In this document: piece after piece, positions 40,039 through 52,635 of the stretch
Layout of the letters: each line of letters begins with the position of its first letter
Numbering within the stretch: position 1 is the stretch's first letter
Origin: Eledone cirrhosa
Lineage: Eukaryota
Assembly (NCBI GenBank): GCA_964016885.1
Contig: OZ024741.1
Coordinates: forward strand, 106,454,001 to 106,518,000
Length of the DNA: 64,000 nucleotides
Direction: 5' to 3'
Position numbers and translations under genes: made by a program
Notes under the pieces: generated by a model
Database searches by the model: none
Seen by the model: only the letters and a program-made list of their open reading frames with translations
Told to the model about the DNA's origin: nothing

Positions 40039-40040
<2 letters not shown>
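39165..40040. repeat. Three copies of a ~125-bp element (39165-39290 and 39880-40020 in one orientation, 39655-39785 inverted), mostly abutting (TA)n
   Basis: TATTGTTATATTTGGGGAGGGTCATATTG...ATAACAGAACACACTGTTTGGTTG and its reverse complement. Confidence 0.85.
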
Positions 40041-40119
<79 letters not shown>

Positions 40120-40164
40120 TTTATAAAGAACGAGGATTCAGTGTTGCATCATATCATATTTATT

Positions 40165-40227
40165 AACATATTACATATGTTCCTCTATCGAACCCGACTC
40201 TGCAATCGAAAGTTCTTCAGATATGTT
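40165..40227 (-). ncRNA. Type I hammerhead-like motif (GAAA changed to GGAA)
   Basis: Minus strand: AACATAT-CTGAAGA-A CTTTCGA...TCGATAG A-GGAA-CATATG-TA-ATATGTT, then AATAAA. Stem I is a perfect 7 bp and stem III is palindromic. Confidence 0.62.
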
Positions 40228-40300
40228 TTGTATGTGAGATCGCGAGCATCGAGTGCTCAACCGGCATACCTCCTACGGACGCATTTACCTTGCAGCCCTA

Positions 40301-40348
<48 letters not shown>

Positions 40349-40551
40349 CCAAAATTAAATTAAGGATGTCATGTCTGAGAAACATGCACTATAATCTCTG
40401 TAGAATATGCTCAAAGATTCCAATGAATAGCTCCGAGCATTTATATCAACTAAAAATCGATTGACATATATATATATAAAATAAACATATGAAACAATCA
40501 CAGGGGATAATTTGTAAAGAGTGTAATCACACACAGCCAGGTAGGTAACTA

Positions 40552-41070
40552 ATTAAAGTTTAACGAGAACTTCAAATATAGATACCTTTTAAAAATGATT
40601 AATATTGTATATATTTCATTAAATAAAGAAATATATTTCACCATTAATCGGTAAATCACAGTAGTCAAATCCTGGATCGTCAGCAAAGGAGAAGATTTAA
40701 CTATCTCTGTTTACACAGCAAATGCAAATCTGTGAATGACTAGAAGCACGTGTTGCATTTTTTTTTAAATACACACATCGTATCAGCTATTTCTAGCTGT
40801 CGATAATCATATTCACGTCACTGGGATGACGCTGGTCCGATGTGTGTATTTTTTTTAAAATGCAACACGTGCTTCTAGTCATTCACAGATTTGCATTTGC
40901 TGTGTAAACAGAGATAGTTAAATCTTCTCCTTTGCTGACGATCCGGAATTTGACTACTGTGATTTACCGATTGATGGTGAAATATATTTCTTTATCTAAT
41001 GAGATATATACAAAGGAGATTAATCATTTTAAAAAGGTATCTATATTTGAAGTTCTCGTTAAACTTTAAT
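40552..41070. repeat. Long inverted repeat (arms 40552-40780 and 40838-41070, 57-bp spacer); each arm carries a hammerhead
   Basis: The arms read as near-perfect reverse complements. Confidence 0.95.
40927..41018 (+). ncRNA. Type I hammerhead ribozyme
   Basis: CTCCTTTG-CTGACGA-TCC...GGT-GAAA-TATATTTC(loop)GAGATATA-TA-CAAAGGAG: 8-bp stem I and 8-bp stem III. The mirror copy at 40605-40691 (-) has a shortened stem I. Confidence 0.78.
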
Positions 41071-41227
41071 GAGAAATTAGAAAGATTGAAGGGACGAGCA
41101 GGGCAGTTTTGTGTATGATATACTTTTTTTTAGAAAAGTGGAGGATGGAGCGCATCTACCTGAAATGGGGAAAAAAAAACGTTTTGTATATAGAGCTATA
41201 CGTGTGCGCATGTGCATGCGCGCGCGC

Positions 41228-41279
<52 letters not shown>

Positions 41280-41583
41280 ATACGACCGTACGAAGCTAAG
41301 AGGATATGTATGTGTATATGTAAGTAAAAGAATGTGCGTGCGCTTGTAAGTACGAAGCTGTGAGCAAAAGTATGTTAATATAAGGGAGTGTGTGTGTATA
41401 TACTGAGCTGTGAAGGGAAAAGTAGAGGCGTGTGTGCGTATTTTGTTGGTCTGTATCAGCTGTATGAGTATATGTTTCTGACCAAAAGAGAGCCATAGGA
41501 ATCTAGGGGTGAATGTACAAGCGAGTGATAGGTGGTTTAGAAAAAAAGCGAGAAGTGATGGGGTCAGAAGAGGGCGCTGGTGC

Positions 41584-41623
<40 letters not shown>

Positions 41624-42243
41624 GACACAATAGAAATGATATCAATATGAAACACACTATCTTCAAGATAGTGTGTTCACACTAATATAGATGTATAAAA
41701 AATTATACACACATATATATGAATGTGTGCGCGTTTGTATGTATTTATACACGCATACATCTACACATACACCGATACACACACACATATTCTATAGTTT
41801 AAAACAAAGTTTCGTTAAGAACCATAACGTTAGGTCATAAAGAGGCCACTTCATAAGAAAGAGGGGTAAAATATGATATGTTTAATGGAAGGGGAGAGAA
41901 GCAAGTATTTTCGGGGGTAGATAGGCGAATGGGTTTGTATTGAGTTTGGTAGATGCGGACATAAATAGGTTGTTGGGTAGGTTGTTGGGTGGATACAACA
42001 GATAGGTAGTTGGGTGGATACAACAGATAGGTATGTGGAGGCTGGAGAAGTTTAAGTAAAATAACAACAATAATAATGAACAAATCTAAAAAATAACGGG
42101 TACTAAAAATAAAAATACAAAAACGTAAGTGGAAACGATTACCGGAAGTAAGACTTGCAAAGGTAATGAAAATTTGGAAAGATGAGTTAAAACGGGAAGA
42201 AAGGAAAACACACACACACACACACACATACATATATAGTATG

Positions 42244-42316
<73 letters not shown>

Positions 42317-42382
42317 TATACAGATATATAATATGTATGTAAGTATATATATATATAGATATACATATAGTATATATATATA

Positions 42383-42434
<52 letters not shown>

Positions 42435-42747
42435 AGAGAGAGAGAGAGACAGAGAGAGAGAGAGAAGAAAAGGGGAACGATTTGATCGTTTTTGTCTTTT
42501 CGGTGCCAATATGGCGCCGATCCTTATTAGGCGTCGGAAAGATGTCCTAATTAATTAGAGAGTGACCTTAAACACATGCTTCATCAATTACAAAAAAAAA
42601 AAGAAGACAACAAAGAAGAAGAAGAAGAAGCCCTTAGTTAAATTTGTGAATTTTATGGAAAACCACTGTTATGTGTTCTGCGTCTTATATCGTGTTACAT
42701 TTTATCATTTATTTCTTCCCCCGCAATTCATTACAAATCCCCTCCCC

Positions 42748-42780
<33 letters not shown>

Positions 42781-43257
42781 TTATACATGTGTATATATGC
42801 ATAGATACATACACACACATATATATGTATACACACAGATATATATGTATATACATATATATATGTATATTTATATATGTATACATATATGTATGTATAT
42901 ATATATAATCATATATGTATATATGTATGTATATATATATTTATATATGATGGCTGCAACTTGATTTCGAGTAACACCATCGCATGAGTATCACGGACGT
43001 GGCTTTTTAGTCCTGTTAGTGACTTACCTATGACCACCAATGTCATGCACCGCAAAAAAGTCTCATATCAAGCGATGCCTGTGCTTGAATTTTTTTAAGT
43101 AAACGACAAAACAGGGATACATAAATTCTTATTAGTTTCACGCTTTATGTGGAAAAGGAGAAAGAAAGTTCGACGTGCCGGGCTTGGCCCTTCTTCAGGA
43201 GTACAAAAAATAGAGACAGAATCACAAAAAATAAAAGGTAATCTGTAGTAAAAATTA

Positions 43258-43639
43258 ATTGTTTCTACATTTGGCACAAGGCCAGCAATTACCAAGTGGT
43301 ACTTTATTTTATCGACCCCGTAAGGATGAAAGGCAAAGTTAACCTCGGCGGGATTTGAACTCAGAATGGCAAGGGCCGTAACTCAATGCGTCAAAGCATG
43401 GCGTCCGACCCTCTACCGATACTGCCAATCCACCGCCCAATCTGTAGTAAAAATTAATTGTTTCTATTTTAGGCACAAGGCCAGCAATTCACCAGTACAT
43501 TACTGGTACTTTATTTTATCGACCCCGTAAGGATGAAAAGCAAAGTTAACCTCGGCGGGATTTGAACTCAGAATGGCAAGGGCCGTAACTCTATGCCTCA
43601 AAGCATGGCGTCCGACCCTCTACCGATACTGCCAATCCA
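43258..43639 (-). mobile_element. Tandem pair of tRNA-derived SINEs
   Basis: Two ~185-bp copies, each preceded by the same AATCTGTAGTAAAAATTAATTG flank (tandem duplication). Confidence 0.9.
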
Positions 43640-44470
43640 AAAATTAGTGAGAGTAGGAAAGACAAACCTTTATATATATATTCTTTTCTTTATTAGGGCT
43701 AGGGGTGAGTCTTATTACTCTGGAGTTTCCCCTGTGTACACACAGGGTCATCAAACAACACACATAAGCATGCACACACGCACGCACACACTTAAAGATA
43801 TATATATATACACACACATATATATAAATGTATATGTATCTTAATGAATGTATATGTATATATATATATATATACATATATGTATACATTCTTACACATA
43901 CATATACACATACATGCACATACACATAAATATGTATGTGTAAGTGCGTGTGGCTAATAATACTAATAATACGGTTATTGCCTACGGAGAGTTCATTCCG
44001 TGAGATCTCGAGATTTGTGATACTGTGATCCCGAGAAAAGCTGAGATTCTCTGTGAGTGGGAACGACTCATATTTCATTAGCATGGACATAAGCGCAATA
44101 TTCTCTAAGAATCACATAAAATCATTCACAGGCACGTGTATCATTCTCAGTTATCAAGCCAGATTGTTGGCAAATAATTGACGTGAACATGAGAGCCACC
44201 GTTTGACCGAGGTTACCTTCTGCCTGAAATTTATGCCCTCTTCAGATTGAAATACAGGTTTCCAATGGTGGTATGTGGCTATTACCAAGACAAGAGATTC
44301 TTAGTCTTGAAGAATTACTTACCGTGCATCACTTTAAACTCCCAGACTTTCATACAAATCAATCTAAGTATTGTAAACTTCTTGGATATAAATTTCTATC
44401 AATGCAGATGACCTAATGACTTTCATGACCAGGTAAATTGGCACTGCAACTATCCAAGTTTTATTACAAA

Positions 44471-45032
44471 CTAGACCACCCGTGACCCGCGGGTCGCATT
44501 CACTTCAAAATATAAAATAAAAATCATATTCACTTAAAAATAATTTTTAAATAATTAAAATATAGACAGACATGTATATAATGTGAAATGAAACTGGAAG
44601 GCGCATATATATACGTGTGTGTATGTATATAAATGTGTGTGTTTGTATACATATAATATATATGTATAGACAGACACACACACATATATACACACACATA
44701 CACACACACATACACGCACACATATATATATACACAACACCACCACCAGCTCTCTCTCTTCCATTCTGCTCTGTCTCTTCTCTCTCTTTCAATTTACTCT
44801 TTCACAACCACTATCTTTTTCTCTCTATTCTTCTCTCTCTTTCTGTTTATGAAGGTACCCAGAAAACCTCATATCTCGGGAACCCGTGCTTCGATTTACG
44901 CGAAACTTGTTTTATTTCATTTGTATTCCCATTTTCAGGGTCAACTTCCTTTCAAAGTATTTTCCCATTATGCACCCTTTTGGCTGTATTACATTACAGA
45001 CAAGCAAGCAAGCAAGCAATCACAGACTTTTA

Positions 45033-45063
<31 letters not shown>
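44471..45063 (-). mobile_element. Non-autonomous Helitron
   Basis: Minus strand starts A|TC(TA)n and ends with the hairpin ACCCG-CGGGTCA-CGGGT, then GGTCTAG|T: TC...CTAG ends, A|T insertion, no TSD. Confidence 0.7.
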
Positions 45064-45439
45064 TAAATAGGCTTACCAAGAACGTCCCTCTCCGTCTCAT
45101 GCCACCACCACCACCACCACCACCGACACCAACACCAGCACCACCATCACCACCACTGCTGTCAGAGCTACCACCACCGCTACAGACAACACCGGCTTCT
45201 CCTCCTCCTCCGCCACCATTTTAGTTGTATATGTGTTAGATATGTAGACTTAAGTTGAATACGGGTAAAATGATTTCAATAAAATTTCACCATTGATTAA
45301 CCTTTCTCTTATCTACACACGGTCACAGTGGTTTTACAACAATATAATAAATTGCTTTGTCATCATATATACACCTTGTAATAGCGACATAACATATTTC
45401 CTCGTCATCACCTCTACCACTAGACACACTTAGTTGACC

Positions 45440-45576
<137 letters not shown>

Positions 45577-45976
45577 GCGCGCACCCCCACACACACATAC
45601 ACACACACACGCACGCGCACACACATACACACATATTTATAACATACACAACCTTTAATATATACATATATACATATATTGTACGGCCTTCGTTACAGAA
45701 TGCCAGCCGATCACTAACAAAATGAAAAGATATTGTACCCGTGTACTGGAGTGACATGTTAACACATAATACCAGTGCAAGTATACACACCTACACTTAT
45801 AGAGTTCAGACACCCGTACTCATAATCACCCGTGAACTTGAGTATCATATTAACATATAACACGAGTGGAAGTATACAACACACCTATACGAGTGCTGGT
45901 ATACACTTTTACATGTATGTATGTATGTATGTATGTATGTATGTATGTATGTATGTATGTATGTATGTATGTATGT

Positions 45977-46501
45977 CAGGTCACCAGTTGGTGCTACTGG
46001 TAACATGTATCCCAGTACAATCTGTCCCATGGTCGCGTCGTTGGCGACTAAACTGGCAACCCCACCAAGATTTCTTGGAGAGGAGGGTAACTTTGGACAT
46101 CCTGCAGGACTAAAAACAAAACTTGTCAAAGGGCAAAGGAGCTCTTAAGAGTCAATGGCCATCCAAAATCACCGGGAGAGATGACCTCTTAGCCTTTGTC
46201 AAGGCAGAATTCTAGGAGAAGGAAAACTCTGATATAACACCTGCAACCCTGATGGTATCCAATAATGTTGACTTCACGGCACAGGCATTGCTTTATATCT
46301 GGAGATCTCTCTGCACTTGTCATCACATGGTACCATGGGCCCAGCACTATGTGTCAATAATTGTCACAAGTGTAGTGTTTGTACCAGAGTTTTCAAGTCG
46401 CTGGCTGGACTAAAAAGTCACACTCGTTCAGCGCATCGGTAGGGGTTCTCCTACATGGATATAAAGTAGTGGCCGTATTCGAAAACGAGTTAGCAGCCAC
46501 C

Positions 46502-46532
<31 letters not shown>

Positions 46533-47520
46533 TGTATGTATGTATGTATGTATGTATGTATGTATGTATGTCGGGTCACTCTTGAGTGCTACTGGCAACA
46601 TGTAACCCACTACAACCTGTCGCATGGTCGGGTCGTCGGCGACTAAGCCGGAAACCCACCAAGTTTACTTGGTGAGGCGGGTGATTTTGGACACCCTGCA
46701 GGACAAAAAACAAAACCTGACAACGGGCGGAAGAACTCATAAGAGTCAACGGCCATCCGAAAGTGTGTAAATATGTATATACACATGTACCGCGCGGTTA
46801 AACCATTGGGAGTGATGGACCCCCAGCCTTTCTCAGGGCATTCTTCTAGGAGAAGGCAACTCAGGAAACTGGGATAACTCCGATATAAAACCTGCGGCTC
46901 AGTAGTTACCGATGATGTTGCTCTTTTCTTCTTTTCGGGTGATAGCTACTGTCACTCAGAGAGTGGGATTGGCTCAGTGCAAATCTTTCTTCACTTTAAA
47001 AAATATCTTCATGCACAGGCATTGCATGATAGAATTAATTAATAATTATTAATAATGGTATATCGTGCAATGGCCATACTCGACAACGAGGCGGCAGCCA
47101 TCATTTATGAATGTATGTATGTATGTATGACCCCTTAGCCTTTGTCAAGGCAGAATTCTAGGAGAAGGAAAACTCTGATATAACACCTGCAACTCTGATA
47201 GTATCCAATGATCTTGACTTGTTATTTTTGGTAAATATCATCTGGTAAATATCATCTGGCTTTCTGCAGTGCTTTTGCTCACTATAAAAGCTTCACGGCA
47301 CAGGCATTGCTTTATATCTGGAGATCTCTCTGCACTTGTCGTCACATGGTACCATGGGCCCAGCACTATGTGTCAATAATTGTCACAAGTGTAGTGTTTG
47401 TACCAGAGTTTTCAAGTCGCTGGCTGGACTAAAAAGTCACACTCGTTCAGCGCATCGGTAGGGGTTCTCCTACATGGATATAAAGTAGTGGCCGTATTCG
47501 AAAACGAGTTGGCAGCCACC

Positions 47521-47551
<31 letters not shown>

Positions 47552-48138
47552 TGTATGTATGTATGTATGTATGTATGTATGTATGTATGTATGTATGTAT
47601 GTATGTCGTCGGCGACTAAGCCGGCAACCCCACCAAGTTTACTTGGTAAGGAGAGTGATTTTGCACACCCTGCAGGACAAAAAACAAAACCTGACAACGG
47701 GCGGAAGAACTCATAAGAGTCAACAGCCACCACCCAAACATGTGTAAATATGTATATATACACACACACACACATATATATATATATGTATATACATGTA
47801 TGCATATGCGTGGGGACATAGAAATAATCGGGCTGGATACCCGATCGCGCGGTTAAACCACTGGGAGTGAAGGTCCCCTAGCCTTTGTCAGGGCATTCTT
47901 CTAGGAGAAGGCAACTCAGGAAACAGGGATAACTCCGACATAAAACCTGCGGCTCAGTAGTTCTTCTTTTCGAGTTATAGCTACTGTCGCTCAGAGAGTG
48001 GGATTGGCTCTGTGCACAGTCTTTCCTCACTTTAAAAAAATCTTCACGCACAGGCATTGCACGATAGAATTAATTGATAATTATTAATAATGTTATATCC
48101 TGCAATGGTCATACTCGATAACGAAGGGGCAGCCATCA
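45977..48138 (+). mobile_element. A-B-A-B array of non-autonomous RTE-derived elements with (TATG)n tails
   Basis: Units at about 45977-46502, 46572-47103, 47128-47521 and 47605-48138. They carry the RTE-type 5' motif CTAGGAGAAGG(A/C)AAC. Type A encodes CSVCTRVFKSLAGLKSHTRSAH (C-terminal C2H2-like). All share a tail like GGCC(G/A)TA(T/C)TCGA...GCAGCCA followed by (TATG)n. Confidence 0.75.
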
Positions 48139-48154
48139 TGTATGTATGTATGTT

Positions 48155-51100
48155 CTTCTGGTTTTATAATTTCACAAAGTTTTACCAATAGAGAGAGAGT
48201 CGGTTTCTAACATAGACACAAGACTCTCTCATTGGAATTTACACACCATCAACTAGGTAGATATGTATGTATGCATTCATGTGTAGATATGGATGTTATT
48301 GTATGTGTGGATGTGGATGTTTTGAGTTGTATGTGTGCATGTGTATATGCTTTGTACATGCGTGTATGCAGTTATTAGATGCAAAATTTTTGGAATGTTT
48401 TACATATTTTTACTGTTCCATTGATGGATTGTACTTATAGTTTCCTAACTAGTTGTGTTCTTTCTGTTCCTGTGAAGCCTAGCTTCTCAAGATTTGTATT
48501 GAGTCAGTTACTAACATATCCCAGTGCCCCAATAATCACAGGCATAAATCTGAAGGTGTAATCAGGGTGGAGTATCTGCAGATTTCTCATCAGTTCTGCA
48601 TAAATATTCTCCTTTTCACTAATCTTTGATATTATATTGGCATCTGCTGGGCAGCTAACTTTCATTACTGTGTATGCCTTCTTTTCCCTGTCCCATATCA
48701 TAATATCTGATCTGTTATGCCTGCATTTTATTGGGGTTTTTACTGGAACATTCCACCAGTACTCTTTCATATTATGTACATGGATGTCTTCCACATTGTT
48801 GTAGCTTTTAATGTGTTTATTATCGGGGCTATCTTTTTTACGAACTGCATTGTACAGTGTTTTGGCCACTATATCATGCCTCATAGGTAGATAGTACCGC
48901 GATGACATCTTTGGACAACTGCTGGTGACATGGGTGATATCCTCGATGTTAGTTCTGCAGAGTCTGCACTTGTTATCACATCTAGGTGTTTTGCTTGCAT
49001 CCCTATCTCTTTTGTGAATCAGGTATTTCGTGCTAATCTCCTGTTCTTGGATTGCAAAAGCGTATCCTTCAAAGTGGGAGCCAATATAGCGGTTGTTGGT
49101 CCAAGATAGACTACTTTCCTTATCTATATTACTCTCTCTCTGGAGCTTCCTGGCAACATATCCATGCATGATTTTTTGCTGATAGGCATGCAGTTTTTCA
49201 TCCATGGATTCACTGCGATACTGCTGAGCGACATCCCTGGGTGTGAGTTTTTGATTATCACACAGGGAATATCTCTCAAGGAGTTCCTTCCCAACTCTCA
49301 TGATCTTATCTGTTTCATGCAGATAGACTTGCTCGAGAAGCGGGCTCCTACGCTTCGAGGTTCGTAGATGTTGTCAGAGAGATAGGATGCGACATTCAAA
49401 TGTTGTGTGGACTGATTTTAGGCCTCTGCCTCCCTGCTTACGTTTCAAGTAAAGGCGGTCTATGTCACTGTTGATGTGGAAGTTTCCGGTGTTGTTTAGT
49501 GTTTTTCGAGTTCCAACATCAACTGCTCAGATTTCGTCTATCGTCCAATTGAGTATTCCAAACGTTGGTGTTAGGACAGGCACAGCAAACACATTGTGAG
49601 CCAGTGTTTTGTTTTGCGCAGAGAGTTCCGATGACCAAATCTTTCTTAATCGGGTGTAGTATTCCCTGGTTACGCGTTCTTTATTACAGATACCATTATA
49701 GGATATGTTCTCATCTATCCCCAGGTATCTGTAGCAGTCCTCATCAGATATCGGTGAAACAGTTAGGCCATTGGTGACAATGTTGCTAGATTGGGTTGTT
49801 GTTTTTCCCTGCTTTACAGTCATGTATGAGCATTTATCTTGGCCAAACTCAATTCCTATATCCTTTGAGAACGTTGTAACCTGGTCAAGATTTTTCTTCA
49901 TCCCATCCATGTTCTTGGCATAGAGTTTCAGATCGTCCACAAAGAAATTATGGGTTAGGTTCGTATTTCTGTCCTCCTGTGAGCCAACGATGTATCCCTC
50001 ACATTTCTTGAGCAGAAAGGACAAGGGGTTTAATGACAAGATGAATAATATCACAGAGAGATTGTCCCCCTGAAATATACCCCTGCAATATTTTATTTTA
50101 TCAGTGAAAATAGAATCCTCCCTCTCTGTCTTTAACCTTAGGATAGTACCCCAAGAAGAAGACAGCCTCTCTATGGCTCTGACAATAATGTCTGGGACTT
50201 TAGCAAGTTGGAGGGCCTCTATCATCTAAGAGTGGGGAACAGAATCGAAAGCATTCCTGTAGTCCAGCCAGACTGTAGCCATATTCCTCCTAAGTTGTCG
50301 CACCTCCGACATCGCAGTTTTGTTGATTAGGAGTTGTTCAGCACATCCCCAAACCCCTTTCTTTCCAGCTGCTTATTCATCTGTGATGATGTTATTATTT
50401 TCACAGTGATCTTGGAGGAATAGTTTCAGGCAGGCTGTATACATCTTATACATCAGGTTCTGGCATGCAATGGGTCGGTAATTTTTTGCCAAGTGGGTTT
50501 CTTTGTTCTTGGGGCCCAGTAATGTTTGTGCTAATATCAACCATTCTGGTATAAGTGTATCTCCCTTAAGAACTTGTTGGTAGAGGTCAGTAAGATACCT
50601 CCGATAGAATATCAGTTTTTTTGTACCAGTAGCCGACAATCATGTCTCTTCCTGGTGTTTTCATATCTTGGAGTTTTCCTATCATAGTCTCAAGGGTACC
50701 CTCACTTATTTCGTATGTTTTTGTTGTAGTGTAGGAGCAATAATTCTTTCGGATTTCTCTTAGCCACACTGTAACTTGGTTGAAATTCTTCTTTTCCCCC
50801 CATATTTTGCTCCAAAAGGAATCTTTATTTCTGGGATGGGGCCTCAGTGACACTTATTATTTTGCCCTTCATATCTTTATAGACTGATGTTTGGTTTCGT
50901 CTGAATCTTTTATTAAGCACCTTTCTCTCATCTACTTCTTCAGGTATCGGCGTTTTTCGCTTACAGCTCTCAATTCTTGTTTGAGGGTGATCAGCTTATA
51001 TTGAAGAGTTCTGGTTCTACTGTTACCAAACATCGTCTTTATTTTATTTTTCACTCTTTGTTGGTGAGGAGTGAGGTTTTTTTGTGTTTGTTTGCATGTA

Positions 51101-52215
51101 AGGAGCATTGTCACATATGCTATATTTTTTCGTAGGTCAGCAATCTTTTTTTCTATTTGAGCTACATATGATGGTATTTTTGGTGGTGTTCTGTTGTTAA
51201 TATCTCTGCTATCACCAAGATAATGCTTCACTGTCGTTGCTAAGGCATATAAAAAGGCGTTGATTTGCCAAAATGTTGGGGTTTTTATCCGTCGTAAATA
51301 TTCATCCCCTATTTCGTCAATAACACGTAGTATTTCATTATTTTTTTTTTTTTTTTTTTTTTTATTAAACATTGTCGTTTTAATACGTTCAGCAAGAGAG
51401 ATATTTATACATGAATTAATTTCTCTCTGCAAGATTTCGTTGAGGGAAAATTTCAATTGTTTATACTTTTGATTATTATCATTATCGATAGTATTTTCCA
51501 CAACAGTCGAGGTAGACTCGGATGGTACACGTGGTGTAAAATTTCTTCGATTATTATTATTATCGATAGTGTTTTCCCCAGCATTCGAGGTAGACTTAGA
51601 TGGTACAGGTGGTGTCAAGTTTCTTACAGGCATAGTTGTTTCAAGGCGCTGTTCGACCTGGCTGCTAGGAAGTCTAGTAGCATGGCGACCTGTAGCACGT
51701 GTTGTTGATAACATGTTTGTTGTGGGGGACTTACAATTAATAATATTTATCTTATTTTTACGTTCAACAAACGTCGCTTGTTGGCGTAATTGTTTCGCTG
51801 TGAAATAATTTAGCTCTGGGTGCATTTCGTCCCAGTGTAGCTTCATTCTATTCATATAGCCAATGGAGGGATTTTTTTTTGCCATTTCATAACAATTAAA
51901 TAAATCATTATTAAGTTCGCAACTCCAAGAGAAATGAGATTTATAATTTCGGTTTCTTCTGTAGCTACAACTGAATAAAGTTTTGTTGTTGATGTGGTGT
52001 TCAGCCATGCTGTTTGTAGCAAATCCTTGTAAAATGAATTATGTATTTAGTCGGATATCTGTACGAATTCGAATAAAAGGTGTCTTCAGAATATATAGTT
52101 AGAAGAATAATCAGTTATTCAACATGACTGTAGTTGTGGTATTACTGTCGGAGATAGTATTAATCTTAAATTTAATAAATAGTCTCCCACGCCAAAATAT
52201 GCGACTGATCGCGTT
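48155..52215 (-). mobile_element. Near full-length R4/Dong-type non-LTR retrotransposon (RT + restriction-like endonuclease), disrupted
   Basis: Single-ORF layout with an N-terminal domain, RT and a C-terminal CCHC/RLE. (TATG)n occurs on both sides. The element boundaries are approximate. Confidence 0.88.
48375..52008 (-). pseudogene. R4/Dong-like ORF broken by stops and frameshifts
   Basis: N-terminal GYMNRMKLHWDEMHPEL. RT motifs: KTPGRD, NYRPIAC, LDYRNAFDSVPH, GIFQGDNLS, FVDDLK, YRYLG. Then CRLC...EDITHVTSSC, RHD, RSDIMIWD (PD..D-like), K.SEK..Y..L, ending GTVKICKTF. Confidence 0.9.
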
Positions 52216-52510
52216 GACATGTATATGTATGTATATGTATGTATGTACGTATGTATGTATGTATATATGTATGTATGATTATTTACCCCCTCTTATGATA
52301 CAATAACAGTAAGAATGCATAAAGAGAGCCAGAAAGACACAACGTTTCCTAAAAGCAGACAAATGCACACATCTCCAAGTAAGAGACATGTAAAATTAAT
52401 CACCGGAAAATTAGACTGTGCGCCTACGCATAGGATGTCCGGATTCTGACGAATATCATTGCGCATGCGTTAACAAAAGTCACTACAGAAATGTATTTTT
52501 ATAAATATGT

Positions 52511-52556
<46 letters not shown>

Positions 52557-52570
52557 ACATATTTATAAAA

Positions 52571-52635
<65 letters not shown>

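Noticed and set aside
42470-42545. Hairpin GGCGCCA-TAT-TGGCACC followed by GAAA (minus strand)
   Set aside because: No CTGANGA core or stem I. Too degenerate to call.
44195-44250. CTGAAGA...GAAG on the minus strand
   Set aside because: Stems I and II do not pair.
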